From assembly GCF_009914755.1 (NCBI RefSeq), contig NC_060927.1: 64,000 nucleotides of DNA. One strand, given 5' to 3'. The notes below the pieces were generated by a model. It ran no database searches. It saw nothing but the letters and a program-made list of their open reading frames with translations, and was not told the origin of the DNA. The position numbers were made by a program, and so were the translations under genes. Source of the DNA: the human T2T-CHM13v2.0 reference genome, Homo sapiens. This document shows positions 1 through 14,359 of the stretch, piece after piece; positions within the stretch are counted from its first letter, which is position 1; every line of letters starts with the position of its first letter.

Positions 1-308
1 CCGGGACCTTCAGGGTGTCCGCTGCCCGGGGCCGGACTGGCCCTGCCCTCCGGGGTCTTCCGTTCGCTGTTGCGCTTCAGGCCGCTGGCGTCGCCCCGGC
101 CTCTGGCCTCCCGGCGCCGTTGCTGCCGACTCCACAGGTATATGGCACCCGCGCCCAGCAGCAGGGGTGCCCCGACCGCCAGAGCCAGCTGCCATCGCGG
201 CAGCCCCCCCGTGCCCGGGCCCGCAGTCCCGCCGCCGCCCACCCCACTCCCGGAGCTCGGTACAGCGGCTGCGACCACCGCTGCCTCCACAGGTTTAGAG
301 GCGGCCAT
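1..308 (-). CDS. TOMM70: TOMM70 (mitochondrial import receptor Tom70), coding part of exon 1, truncated by window edge
   Basis: Reverse complement from CAT at 306-308 translates as MAASKPVEAAVVAAAVPSSGSGVGGGGTAGPGTGGLPRWQLALAVGAPLLLGAGAIYLWSRQQRRREARGRGDASGLKRNSERKTPEGRASPAPGSGHPEGP, the recognisable TOMM70 N-terminus with its signal-anchor TM segment. Absent from the ORF track because it has no stop in the window. Confidence 0.97.
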   Translation of the reverse strand, partial: MAASKPVEAAVVAAAVPSSGSGVGGGGTAGPGTGGLPRWQLALAVGAPLLLGAGAIYLWSRQQRRREARGRGDASGLKRNSERKTPEGRASPAPGSGHPEGP

Positions 309-460
309 GACAAGTGTCCTCTGCCACCGCCTCCCTGTCTGTCGCGAGCGCCACAATCACCAAACAGCGTGCGAAGGAAGACCGAGGGAGGGAAGGAAAG
401 CAATGAGCGAGCGAGCACGCTAGGCAGAGAGAGCGGACGACAGAAAAGGGCCAGAGGTCA

Positions 461-552
461 CCGGAAGCCCAGGGCATGCCGGGCCAGACCTGGCCGTCCT
501 TCTCCTCCAGTATCAACCGAAGAGGGAGAGGAGGGGCGGAAATCACTTCCGG
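461..552. promoter_or_regulatory. Clustered ETS/GABPA (NRF-2) motifs
   Basis: CCGGAAG at 461-467; GCGGAAAT at 536-543 directly abutting CACTTCCGG at 544-552 (CCGGAAGTG on the minus strand). GABP sites are typical of nuclear-encoded mitochondrial genes and bidirectional promoters. Confidence 0.7.
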
Positions 553-825
553 GTTAAGGGAAAGCGTGGGTGTGAGTAGGAGTCTTCGGAAACCCTTTTT
601 CTTTCTTTTCGCCCCGCTGCTGTTCGGGAGATGGACTTCTGGAGTCCCCGTCGTAGCTGGTGTTGTCCCCTCTACCTTCAGGAAAGAAGGGCAGATGGCC
701 CTCTTGCCTACTGAAGCCGAGGAGGGGCGCGTATACAGCGGGCTAAGGGCGCTCAAGAGATCCGAGTGGAAGAAAAAGCAGCGGCACAGCACTGGAATGG
801 GCGGGAGTGGCAGAAGAGTTGTGAA

Positions 826-860
826 GGCTATTGGCTAGCAAGGGTGGTGGGCGGGGCGTA
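826..860. promoter_or_regulatory. Inverted CCAAT box and GC box
   Basis: ATTGG at 830-834 and GGGCGGGGC at about 849-857 between the two first exons. Confidence 0.5.
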
Positions 861-899
861 GACCGAGCTACCCAGTTTACTGGTCGATTTCGGATCCAG

Positions 900-1798
900 T
901 TTTCCAGTTATAGCCACGTTGGCACCTCTTGAACCTCTGTGGCCGTTAGCACGGTTTTCTGCCCGCGTGCCCGAGAAACCAACGGATTAGAAGGACTTTT
1001 AAAGATGTGTGAGGAAAGAGCTCACCGCTGAAGAAGGCTGCTGCATCACTGAACTTCTTATCACTAACATAGCGAGATTTTAGTTTGGACGAATTTGAGG
1101 TTATAGGGGAGATAGCGATGGCAGAAGACTAGGTGGAAATGGCACATCTAGGTTGGCTGCAGTCGAAACGGTTTGAGCGTGGTCGCTGTGGCTCATCGTC
1201 GGCACCAATTAACGAAGCGATGACATCTGCGTTGTTAGGGGTTTCTTAAACTGAGTTGGTAGAAATGCGAAGCGTCAGGGTTCCCGCCGGCTTCGAGCCT
1301 TTCTTGGCGTATTTGTATCTTGAGCTGATTTCTGCGTCAGCCCACATCTCGCTCTGATCCGCACACCCCCCGGGTTGTTTTGCAGTAGCAGTCTCAGCCC
1401 TCTTCTCGTCTCATTCCCAAATCGTAATTTCAGTTCACAGCTTTTTATCTATAATAGCTTTATCAACTCTTTTTCCGATGCTCTGCACCAGATCTCTTAA
1501 AATATAAAATTACCTTGCAAGGTATTGTTTGGAATACACGGTATTTTCATGAAGACAACTATTAATAGAAAAATCAGAGTCCAGAACTATGGTTCTCCAT
1601 TTCTGGTATACTGGTTTGCAGAAGCCTTACATTAAAATTTCATAAATGATTGTTCTGCTGTTAAGTGCAACAACATCACAGTAGAGCTACATAAAGATTG
1701 AAAGGAGATATTTTATCAAGTGGCACCAGAATGGACTGATTAAAATAGAATGGCCTAATTGGAAAGAATTTCAGGATCACCGGTTTCTCCTGCTTCAT
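900..1798 (+). other. LNP1: LNP1 exon 1 (non-coding 5' UTR); 5' end approximate
   Basis: Consensus donor CAT|GTAAGT at 1798/1799 downstream of the CpG island, consistent with recalled LNP1 structure (exon 2 starts 33 nt before the ATG). The TSS cannot be fixed from sequence. Confidence 0.7.
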
Positions 1799-2826
1799 GT
1801 AAGTTCCTATTAGTAAATTGCCTTCAGGCAATAGGGTTTCTTAGCAACAGACTAAAAAAATGGGCTAAAAATAGCAGTGGAATTGAGTTGATCGTTGCAG
1901 GCAATAGGCTTTTCTCCCCTCCTGATCCCCCAATCCCCAAAGGCAAATTTTCTGCCCCTTAATATAAGCTCTGCCTTGCCTTTTTCAGAACACAAGTTAG
2001 GATTTTTTTTTTTTTCTGAAATTTCAGTTTTGCTGTGGCCTCTTGGAGGATTGTAGAGTGCTAACAATTACAAACTTGATAGGAACTAAAACATATTTGA
2101 AGTTTTTTTTTTAAACCTTTTTCTTATTTATTGGAGTAAGCAATACACTGTTACGGTTAAACTCCAAAAGTTACAGAGTTTACTGTGAAAAGTCTTCCTT
2201 CAGTCCCTGTCCTCAGCTGCACAGTTCCCCTCTCCAAAGGGAATCGGTGTTATTTTCTTGAAACATTTTTTGGATTAATATTTATCTAAAGGCCTGATTT
2301 TGTTTGGCTTTATTTTTAAGGTTGGCATTAGTAAACGAATCTGTTCTGGTTACTTTTATACTTTGATAAACATCTCATTTCCATTCTCTAGCCTATGCTA
2401 TTCTCTCATTTTCTCCTCCATTTCCTAATTGATGGTACTGTAGAGCCAAATAGAGTGTCGCTTACTGGCTTTGGGACCTTACTGATCTGATGCATGTTTT
2501 TCTAATCTGTGAAATGGTGAAAACATCTACCTCTCAGGCTATAGTAAAGATTTAATTAGAGAATATTTAAAGTTCTTTTGATGTTTGTTACAAAGTAATA
2601 GATATTTGATGATTAGTTCTCAGTTTTTCTAAATTTTAAAGTAAAGAAGTAAAATACTGCCTTTCATTTCTAAAAAATTAAAGTTCTGTATATGTGAACA
2701 TAGACATTATCTTTTTCTTGGTAGATTAGTGGAACTCAACTGAAGAAGCTTTCTTCACCTTTGATCTGTATCTTAGGAGGCAGTTAAATGAGATAGTCTA
2801 ATGGACTAGGTTGTGGAAGACCTGAG

Positions 2827-3098
<272 letters not shown>

Positions 3099-3691
3099 AC
3101 CTGAATTCTTATTCTAAATTTTAATACCACTGAGTTGTGTGTGTGACCATGGGCAACTCTGCTTTCTTTATAATGTGAGGAGGGGTGGATTAGATTATTT
3201 TTAAGGCTCCTTATTGTTTTAAAATGATGTAATTCTGTCCCTTCAATTGTCATTGCTACATGAAAGGCCTTTCAGATTGCTAGAGTTGGTAAATAGCTGG
3301 TTGACTGGTGTCCAAACCTTCCAGCCAGTGCACAAATCTGCTTATATTAAGCATGTACATATAGAACAGCTCTATTCTCTTTCAGCTGTCTGATGTTTTC
3401 ATTCTGTTTTTCCTTACTGAAAAATTACTGAAAAGAATTGTCTACATCTGTTACTTATTTGGCACCCATTTCATCCAAAATCTGTTGTAATCTAGTTTAC
3501 AACTTTATAATTAGGCTGAAAGTGCTTTAGAAGTCATAAAATTCATTGTGGTTTTTTTGTGGGTGGGGGAGGTTGGCTGTCACCCACTTTTACTTGATAC
3601 CACTGATTATTCTCTCCTTGAAATGTTCTTTTCCTTGGCTTCAGGAGAATAGAGTCTTCTGGTTCTTCTACGCTCTGACCAAACTCTAGAT

Positions 3692-3880
3692 CAGTGCTGT
3701 CCATCACAGCTTTCTATGATGCTGGAAATGATTTATATTTATGATGTCCAATATGGTAGCCACTAGCCACATGTGGCTATTGAGCACTTGAAATGTAGTG
3801 TGACAAAGACTACAGTTTTCATTATTTAATTGATTTAAGTAGTATCATGTGGCTAATGACTACCATATTGGACAGCACAG
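3692..3880. mobile_element. MER3-like hAT-Charlie MITE
   Basis: Terminal inverted repeats cagtgctgtcca / tggacagcacag and an 8-bp TSD CTCTAGAT (3684-3691, 3881-3888). Confidence 0.85.
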
Positions 3881-4044
3881 CTCTAGATATTCCTCAAGTG
3901 AGGAATTTATTAGAATATGTCTTCTTCTTTATCTTCAATCTCTCCATTAGTAACCAAAGTAAATCTCATTGCTTCAGGTACCATTTCTGTGCAGATAATC
4001 ACTGTCTATATATCTTTTGGCATAGCTTCCCTTTTTACCTCTAG

Positions 4045-4450
<406 letters not shown>

Positions 4451-4756
4451 TGTGTTATCCATTTTTTCTAATAATACCACTATTACCTTAGCAGTTACTC
4501 ATATTTGAAACCATAGACCTTTTTAGACCTCTCTCTTTTTCATCCTTACCTACCCAAGCACAAATGATTATGCTGTTGTATTTATATACACACATAAACA
4601 CAAAATCAGCTGTGAAGTCTTCAACAAATTCAACTTTGTTGTAATATCTTTCTTATAGTTTTTTCACCCATTCTGACACTTCTTAGTTCATATAAGTGAA
4701 AACTCCTAAGAGTATGTATAACACATAACAGATACTCAATAAATAGTTTCTTCCCA

Positions 4757-5060
4757 TCTTAGTACAGGCTGCTATAACAAAAATATCATAAAACTACTTA
4801 GCTAATAAACTATAGAAATTTATTTCTCACAATTCCTGAGGATGGGGGTTTGAGATCAGTGTGCCAGCATGGTCAAATTCTGTAAGAGCCCTATTCTGGG
4901 TTGAGGACTGCAAATTTGGTTTGTGTCCTCAAATAGTGGAAAGGGGCAAGAAAGTTCTCTGGAGTCTCATTTTTATAGGGGCACTCATCCTATTTTTAAG
5001 GGCTCCATCCTCATGATCTAATCACTTCCCAAAGGCCTCAACTCCTAATACTATTACATT
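4757..5060 (-). mobile_element. MLT1A-like MaLR LTR
   Basis: gctgctataacaaaaata...agaaatttatttctcac...ctcatgatctaatcacttcccaaaggcc motifs. Confidence 0.75.
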
Positions 5061-5361
5061 CCCCTCTTTTTTCTCTTTTATTCATTTCCTTCATCTTGCC
5101 TAAATCCTATATTTGCTTGCTTCCCAGATAATTTCTCTGCCTCTAGTGCCTCTCTTCTATGTGTCACCCTGCACCTTGATATCAATTTACTCTTCCTATA
5201 GCATAACTGTAATTTCACTCTTGAGCTGAAAGACTTTTAAATCCTCTTCACTTTCACTATAAAGTTCAACATTTCTGCCCACCCATGCCTCCCTTCATAC
5301 ACCTCTTCTCTTTCTTTGGTCTACGATATTAGCACCTAGCACTATTAGAAATTACCTATGT

Positions 5362-5657
<296 letters not shown>

Positions 5658-5884
5658 CCTCTCAGGTGTACACTTGTCTGTGGGAAAAATAAAAAAATAG
5701 TGTGATCCCCTCAATAGGATGTAAGCCCCACGAGGACAGAAACTGTTCATTTTGTACAGCCAGAGCCCAGAATATAGGTGGTGTGATGGGTAATTTCATG
5801 TGTCAATTTGACTGGGCCATGGGATACCCAGATACTTGTTTAAACATTATAAATGTGTCTGTGGTGGTGTTTTTGATTGCTTGA

Positions 5885-6190
<306 letters not shown>

Positions 6191-8390
6191 TGATTTTTAT
6201 TTTTAGTGTATCTATTGTCGGTTTTTGCTTCAAAAAACATAGATATTACAGGTTATTTTAGACTGATAACAAGTTAACTTTGATTATTTACACATACACA
6301 TGCAAACTACACTTTAACTCCACTTCCTTTCCTCAATATTTTGTGCTTTCAATTTCACAATTTAAGTATTTTTATATTGCATATCCATCAACAAGTTGCT
6401 GTAGTTATTAATTTTAATACTTTTATCTTTTAGCCCTACTAAAGATACGTGATTTACACACCCTCATTACAGTATTTAAATGCTACCATTACAGTATCAG
6501 AGTATTATAAATTAAATTTAGCTATGTACGTATTTTTGCCAGGGAGTTTTATACTTTCAGATGTTTCTGTGTTTATCATTAGTGTCCTTTCAGCTTGAAG
6601 AACACCCTTTAGCATTTCTTGTAAGACAGGTCTGGTGGTGATGAACTCCCTCAGATTTTGTGTGACTAGGAAAGTCTTTATCTCATGTTCATTTCTGAAT
6701 GACAGTTTTGCTGAGTACAGTATTCTTGATTGACAGTCTTTTTTTTCCTTTAGCACTTTGACTATATCATACCACTCTTCCCTGGCCTGTAAGATTTCTG
6801 TTGAGAAATCTGCTGCTAGGCATATTGGAACTGCCGTATATGTTACTTGCTTTTTTTGTCTTGCTGCTTTTAGGATCCTGTCTTTGTCTTAGATCTGTAG
6901 AGTTTGATTATAATATGTCTTGTGATAGTCTTATTTGGATTGAATCTAATTGCAAATCTTTGACCTTCCTGTACCTGGCTATTTATATATTTCTCCAGGT
7001 TTGGGAAGTTTTCTGCTATTACTGCTTTAAATAAGCCTTTTACACCCTTATCTTTCTCTACTCCCTCTTGAATGCTGGTAATTTGCGTATTTGCTCTTTT
7101 GATACTATCCCATAAACCCTATAAAGTTTCTTTATTCCTTTCCACTCTTTTTCCTTTCTTCTCCTCTGTATATTTTCATATAACCTGTCTTCAAGTTTAC
7201 AGATTCTTTTTCTGATTGATCAATCCTGCTCTTGATGCTCTCTATTACATTTTTACATTCATTGTATTTTTCAGCTCCAAAATTGGTCTGATTTTATTAT
7301 TTCAATTTATCTGGTAAATTTCTCATCTGACCATTTATTATTTTCCTAATTTTGTTGACTTGTTTCTCTGTATTTTCTGAAGTTCTTTGAGCTTCTTTAA
7401 AACAGCTGTTTTGAATTCCTTGGCAGATAGTTGATATATCTGTGTCTTTAGGGTCTATGACTGGCATCTTATTTTGTCTGTTTAGTGATGTCATGATTCC
7501 CCGATTGTTCTTGTGGTCATGTGTCAGTGTGTGTGCATTCAAGAAGCAGTTACTTATTCCAGCCCTCACAATCTGGCTTTGTCTGGGAACATCCTCTAAC
7601 AGTAAGCCTGTCCAGAGATTCTAGGCAGGTCATTTGGTGTGGTCTCCGAGCCTGTGACCACTGCAGCCCTTCCAGCTCTAGGGAGTGCTATGTACTCCCT
7701 ACTGTGACCAGCACAGTGCCACGCTGAAATCCCGTAGTCACTGAAGCTGACTTAGCACTGGGATGGAATCCTGTGGCTGCTGAGGCTGGTGCAGCACTTG
7801 GGTGCACCCAAAGCCCACAGCTGCTGAGGCTACTGCAGCACTGGGGTACATCTGAAGCTTGCAGCCACTGAGGGGGCCTGCCTGTTGCTGTGGGTTATTT
7901 GGATCCCAAGACCACTGTAGTTGGCTGATGGTGATGTGGGCTGGAACTCAAGTTTGTCTCACAGGGGCTATGGTTTCCCATCTGCTGCCGGGATGGGTCT
8001 AGAGTCTCAGTCTGCAGTTACTGGCCTGAAGTCATGGGTCATGGGGGGGTCTACCCAGTGCTGAGTTTTACTGTGACAGGCCTGGTATTGGGGTCCAAGG
8101 CAAAGTCTTACCTTTACTTTCCTCTCTTCCTCCCAAGCAGACAATATCTTTTTCCGGGCTGTGCTGCCTGGTCTTGGGGGAAGGGTGACATGGGTAATGT
8201 AAAACTGTTCTTCCTACCTACTTAAATGTGTCTTTTCTTATTATTATGCTATAACCAGGTGCTATAATCTCTCACCTGGTTTCCTTAGCTCTCGTGAAGG
8301 TATTTTATACATAGATAGTTGTTCAAATTCATATTTCTCTGTGGGAAAATTGCTGGAGAGTCCTATTCCACCATCTTGCTCTACTTTCCT
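6191..8390 (-). mobile_element. Old L1 (L1M) 5' region including ORF1 remnant
   Basis: Minus ORF 6505-6756 (CQSRILYSAKLSFRNEHEIKTF...LREFITTRPVLQEMLKGVL) matches the L1 ORF1p C-terminal domain. Confidence 0.85.
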
Positions 8391-8721
8391 CTGTGAGAAT
8401 GTTTTGGATGAGATTGATACTTGAATTGGCAGAGTGAGTAAAGCAGATTGCCCTCAGTGTGGTTGGCCCTCATTCAATCAGATGAGGGCCCAAATAGAAC
8501 AAAACTTGACCCACTGATGAATAAGAGGGAACTCCTCCTCCCTAAGTTCCTTGAGCTGGGATATTCATCTTTTCTTGCCTTTGGACTTGAACTGAAATAT
8601 CAGCTCTTCTTAGGTGTAGAGCCTAGTGACTTTCAGACTGAAAAGATACTATCAGCTCTCCTTGGTCTCCAGCTTGTTTACTATAGGTCTTAGCCTCCAT
8701 AATTTTGTAAATAAATAAATA

Positions 8722-8890
8722 GGCTGGGCACGGTGGCTCATGCCTGTAATCCCAGCACTTTGGGAGGCTGAGGCGGGTTGATCATGAGGTCAGGAGTTCG
8801 AGGCCAGCCTGGCCAAGACAGTGAAACCCTGTCTTTACTAAAAATACAAAAATTAGCTGGGTGTGGTGGTGGGCGCCTGCAATTCCAGCT
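8722..8890 (+). mobile_element. 3'-truncated Alu
   Basis: Left arm, linker and start of right arm, ending in (CT)n. Confidence 0.92.
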
Positions 8891-8912
8891 CTCTCTCTCT
8901 CTATATATATAT

Positions 8913-8961
<49 letters not shown>
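8889..8961. repeat. Compound (CT)n(TA)n(CA)n(TA)n microsatellite
   Basis: Directly visible. Confidence 0.97.
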
Positions 8962-8962
<1 letters not shown>

Positions 8963-9250
8963 TTTTTTTTTTTTTTGAGTCTCACTCTTATAGCCCAGGC
9001 CAGAGTGCAGTGGCGTGATCTCGGCTCACTGCAACTTCCGCCTCCTGGGTTCAAGCGATTCTGCCTTAGCCTCCCGAGTATCTGGGATTGCAGGTACCCA
9101 CCACTGTGCCCAGCTAATTTTTGTATTTTTAGTAGAGACGGGGTTTCACCATATTGGCCGGGCTGGTGTTGAACTCCTGACCTCAGGCGATCTACCCACC
9201 GCAGCCTCCCAAAGTGCTAGGATTACAGGCGTGAGCCACCACACCCAGCC
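8962..9250 (-). mobile_element. Alu (S-type)
   Basis: Full antisense Alu. Confidence 0.95.
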
Positions 9251-9312
9251 TAAATATATATTTGTATATATTTAATTAAATATATGCATAAATATATATG
9301 TACATAGCTTAC

Positions 9313-9357
<45 letters not shown>
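9313..9357. repeat. (TCTA)n tetranucleotide STR
   Basis: About 11 perfect units. Confidence 0.97.
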
Positions 9358-9409
9358 CCTATTTTATCTGTCTATAATTAGTCTTGTTTCTCTGAAGAAC
9401 CCTAATACA

Positions 9410-10840
9410 GATTTTGGTACTAGGAATGGGGTGCTAATGTAACAGAAAAATACCTAAACAAATGGAATTAGCTTTGGAACTGATTGATGGGTACAGGCTG
9501 GAAGATTTTTGAGGTGCCTGCTAGAAAAAGCCAACATTGTTGTGAGGGAAGTGTTGGTAGAAATATGGATATTAAAAGAAATTTTGGTGAGGGGTCAGAA
9601 AGTAAAGAGGAGAGCTAGAAACAAAGCTTCCATTTTCTTAGAGAATACATAAATACATGAACAGAATATTCATTCAAATGTGGATGTTAAGGGCCATTTT
9701 GGTGAGATCTCAGATACAAATAAAGAACAGACAGTTGGAAACTGGAAGGTGATCTTTATTATAAAGTAGCAAAGAATATGGCTGCATTGTGTCCTAGTGT
9801 TGTGCAAGGTAGAACTTGCAAGTGATGAAATTGGATACATAGCAGAGGAGATATCTAAGTAAAGTATCAAAGGTACCCCTTGGGTCCTCCTTGCTGCTTA
9901 TAGTAAAATGCAAGAGGAGAGAGGTGAATTGAAGAAGGAATGGTTAGGAAAAAGGAGCCAGAACATGGAGATTGGGTACAACTCATGGACTTAATCAGCC
10001 ATCTCATCAGAAGCCAAGAATAGAGATGGGATTTTACCAGCAGAAACACTGCTGGCTGAGACTAAGGAAACAGAAAAAATGAGACAGGATGAAGGAAAGC
10101 TATCAGACTTAGATTTTACAGGATGGGACCATAGAGCTATTTGGCTCTGAAAATACTTTATCCTTCAAGAAAAGGGAAGACTGACTCCAACAGCAATTCA
10201 GAAATCCTCAGGGCTGCCAGTCCCACTACAGGCCCAGGGAGTAGGTCTGAATCCTTCTGTTTTTCAAAGAGTGGGTGTGCCCTTCCAGTTTTGGTGGGTC
10301 AGGAACCCTTGCCTACTATATCAGGGTCAGGGTCAGGTTTGCCCTAGCAGAGAGCTTGTGGACTGGCCTTACTCCTTAAGCTGAAGGGGCAAGGCTACCC
10401 TGTAGAGCTGTGAGAATGATACTACCACCCGAGAGGGCCTGGGGGGCAGAGAGTTGAACCCAAGAGGGTTATTCTCTAGCTTTAAGATCCAAAGGAATTT
10501 TCCTTGCTAGATTTTGGACTTGTTACAAAAGCCATCACCTCTTCCTTCTTTGCTATTTCTCCCTTTTGGAGTGGGACTGTCTATCCTATGCCTTGTCCCA
10601 TCATATTTTAGAAGCACATGACTTGTCTGGTTTCACAGGTTCACACCTGCAGAGAATTTTGCCTCAGGATGAATCACACTTCAGTTCTCTCCCATACCTG
10701 ATTTAGATGATATTTAATGAGACATTGGACCTTAAGCTTTAGAGGTGATGTTGTAATGAGTTAAGACTTTTAGCACATTAGGGTGGGATGAATGATGAAT
10801 GTATTTTGTATGTAAGAAGGGCATGAATTTTGGAGGCCAG
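9410..10840 (+). mobile_element. MaLR (MLT1-type) internal sequence
   Basis: Starts gattttggtactaggaatgggg...gctttggaactg; ends gaagggcatgaattttggaggccag; about 1.4 kb, typical of MLT1-int. Confidence 0.7.
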
Positions 10841-10865
10841 ATGCCCCACTCTTAGTACCAAAATC

Positions 10866-11266
10866 TGTAGTACTCTACAAGTGTTGCTGTAACAAAATAC
10901 CACAGACTGAGTGGCATAAACAGCAGAAATTTGTTTATCATGCTTCTGGAGGCTGGGGAGTCCCAGATCAAAGTTCAGGTCTGTTTGTTTTCTTGTGAGG
11001 GTTCTCTTCCTGGCTCACTGTAGGCCACCTTCCCTCTGTTTCTCACATGACCTCTTTGTATGCATGCAGAGAGAGAGAGTAAACTCTCTGATGTTTCTTC
11101 TTATAAGGGCACTAATTTCATCAAACCAAGGCCCCACCCTCATAATCTCATCTAACCCAAATTACCTCCCCAAAGTCCCATCTCCAAATACCATCGCATT
11201 GGGGGTTAGGGCTTCAACATATGGATTTTGGGGGAACACGGGGGACAAAAATATTCAGTCCATAAT
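10866..11266 (-). mobile_element. MLT1A0-like LTR
   Basis: gctgtaacaaaataccacagactg...ggggttagggcttcaacatatggattttgggg...attcagtccataa. Confidence 0.85.
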
Positions 11267-11358
11267 AGTTAGCATATAATAGACACTCAATAAATACTGT
11301 TTTAAGTAAATAAATATTCTGCTAAAGGTATCAAAGAAGGAAAAAGTGACATTCAAGA

Positions 11359-11792
11359 TTGTATTAGCCATTTTTGTGTTGCTATAACAGAATACCCGAG
11401 GCTGGGTAATTTCTGAAGAAATTTATTTAGCTCATGGTTCTGCATGCTGAGAAGTATGGCGCTGGCATCTGTTTGGCTTCTGGAAGAGGCCATGTGCTAG
11501 ATCAAAACACGGCAGAAGTTCAAAGAGGATGTGAACATGTGTGAAGACAGACCAAACGAGAAACCTTGCTTTGTAATAACCCACTTTCTTAGGAACTAAT
11601 CTGTTCCCAGAGAGCTAATCCAGTCTCTAGAGAGCAAGAACTCACTACCGTGAGAATAGCACCAAGCAAAAGGGATCCACCCCGTTGACCTGAACACCTT
11701 CCATTAGGCACCACCTCCCAACTGCCACATTTGGGATGAAATTTCAGCCCGAGTTTTGGTGGGGACAAACAAACCATATCCAAACAGTAGCA
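11359..11792 (-). mobile_element. MST-type MaLR LTR
   Basis: tgtattagcc...gctataacagaatacccgaggctgggtaatt...aaaccatatccaaacagtagca. Confidence 0.8.
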
Positions 11793-12599
11793 TAGATGGA
11801 ATAGGTAGGATTTGCATTTACTTAAAAAAATATTTATTGTCTATTACATGCTTCCCCTAAACTCCCAGAATACTTTTTCTGGGACTTTCTCAAAATTTAC
11901 TACTTTTCTGCCTTGTTTTATAGTATTATACTTGTCCTAACTCATCTACTGGATTATAAGTATCTCAACATCAGAAGCCGTGTCTGATTTATTTTGTATC
12001 CTGTACAAAATCTACAATGCCTTCTCTAATTCTATATGTCAGAGCAAAGTAATATGTTTTCTCTTTTGTATTAGACCATCCCTCAGATTCTATTTCTTCC
12101 TCACAATTACTGTATTGCCATAATTATTCATTCTCATATCTGCTGCCTATGCTCAATTCTGAGTCCCTGAAGGGCAGGGAGCATGTTCTAGTCATCTTTG
12201 TACTCCTGTATCTGTAAGAGGGTTGGGCATATGATGAGTGCCTGTTAACTTATTTATCCACCCAACACAATACCTGAAATATGGTCAATGCGAAATAAAA
12301 AGTTGATGAAGTGTTTGTTGAACAAGTTTCTAACTGATATTGTTGTCAATATTAACAGTCTGGTACCACCATTGCTGTCCAATACCACTGGTGTCAGCCG
12401 GGACACCAGTTGCTCCTGCTGCTGCAGCTGCCGCCACCAGAAATAGTCTACTTCCATCACAACCACCTTTATAGCCTCTGGCTAGATGCCAGTCCCTAGC
12501 ATGCTGTGGTCACTGCTACCACTTCCACCACTGAAGCTGCTTCCTGGAAGACCTGATTGGTTTATACTTTGTATCTCATTTATGATATATGGAAGCCTG

Positions 12600-13300
12600 T
12601 TTCTTTTGAGCCCTTATGCGGTTATTTTTTCCCCCCAATCCTGATGGTTTCTGCATTATTCAACTTCCATCAAAGCATCAGTTGAGTGGGTGGTACTGCT
12701 TCACTTCTCAGGGGGAATGTCACTTTATGATTCAATCAAGTGGTTGCCCTTTTTGCTGTCAGAAGGAGCATCTGCATTTATCTTCAGGGAACAATCTGTA
12801 GTAACACTAGTTTCCTCTCCTTAGCTGTGACTGATAGCTCATATGTATATTTTTATGCACTCATTTCCCACCTTTCTTCCCACTCACATGGATTTATAAG
12901 ATCTTTCCATCTTCATCAGTTTAGTTCATTGCCACCCAGAAGAATTTGTGTCATTTGTAAATGCAGAATTGTTGCCCTGCACTTTAATTTATAAAGATAT
13001 TACATACAGATTATGCTCATGGTGCCCTACACAAGAATGCTGGGGCGAGTGGGTGTTGAGGTCCAGCATGCACTTTGCTCAGCACAGCCTTCTGTCAGGC
13101 TGGGTCTGCCTGGAGAAAGGTGCTTCTTTTTATGATTTGCATGAAAATGCTGGTCCATTACTAAGTGATGGGCCTACAGTAGAGTATTCACTCATAAAAG
13201 GCATTCAAACTAGCAGCCATGGTTATGCAGTGCTGTTCTTAGCATTGCTCTAGCATTGAACCTGAGAGCCTCTAGTCTGTGCTTTTCCATCTTTCTGCCA
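12600..13300 (-). mobile_element. Ancient CR1/L3 LINE reverse-transcriptase remnant
   Basis: Degenerate minus-strand motifs CNIFIN, AFTNDT and PCEWEERWEMS parallel CR1 RT motifs FNIFIN, FADDTK and L.EWAEKWQM.F. Confidence 0.6.
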
Positions 13301-13620
13301 TTTTTTCCCGACCAGTGGAAGATAGCCTTAACTTCAACAATGAAGAAAAGACCCAATTTTGTCAAATTTTGAAAAACATTCAAAGCTGCAAAAAAAAAAA
13401 TAGTTTCTGTAACTATGTTCTGACTATCTGTTGCTGCTTCACGAACTACCCCAAAACTCAGTGTCTTGAAACATTGCTTTATTACATATCATAATTTTGT
13501 TGCTCAGGAATTTGGACGTGGCTCCTCTGGTAATATCAACAGAGATTACTCCGTGTTATTCAGCTGCTGAATGGGTTGGTCTGAAGGGTTCAAGATGGTT
13601 TAATCAAGGTTAATGAAAGT

Positions 13621-14330
<710 letters not shown>

Positions 14331-14359
14331 AAGATACCTAAATAACAAAAAGGGTAATT

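Larger units (their letters stand above)
1..1400. promoter_or_regulatory. CpG island / bidirectional promoter shared by TOMM70 (-) and LNP1 (+)
   Basis: High GC and CpG density to about 1.4 kb; two divergently transcribed first exons. Confidence 0.9.

Noticed and set aside
10-838. Long ORFs in the CpG island (180, 165, 120, 117, 113 aa)
   Set aside because: Expected in GC-rich sequence overlapping TOMM70 exon 1 and the promoter. The true CDS is the minus frame from 308.
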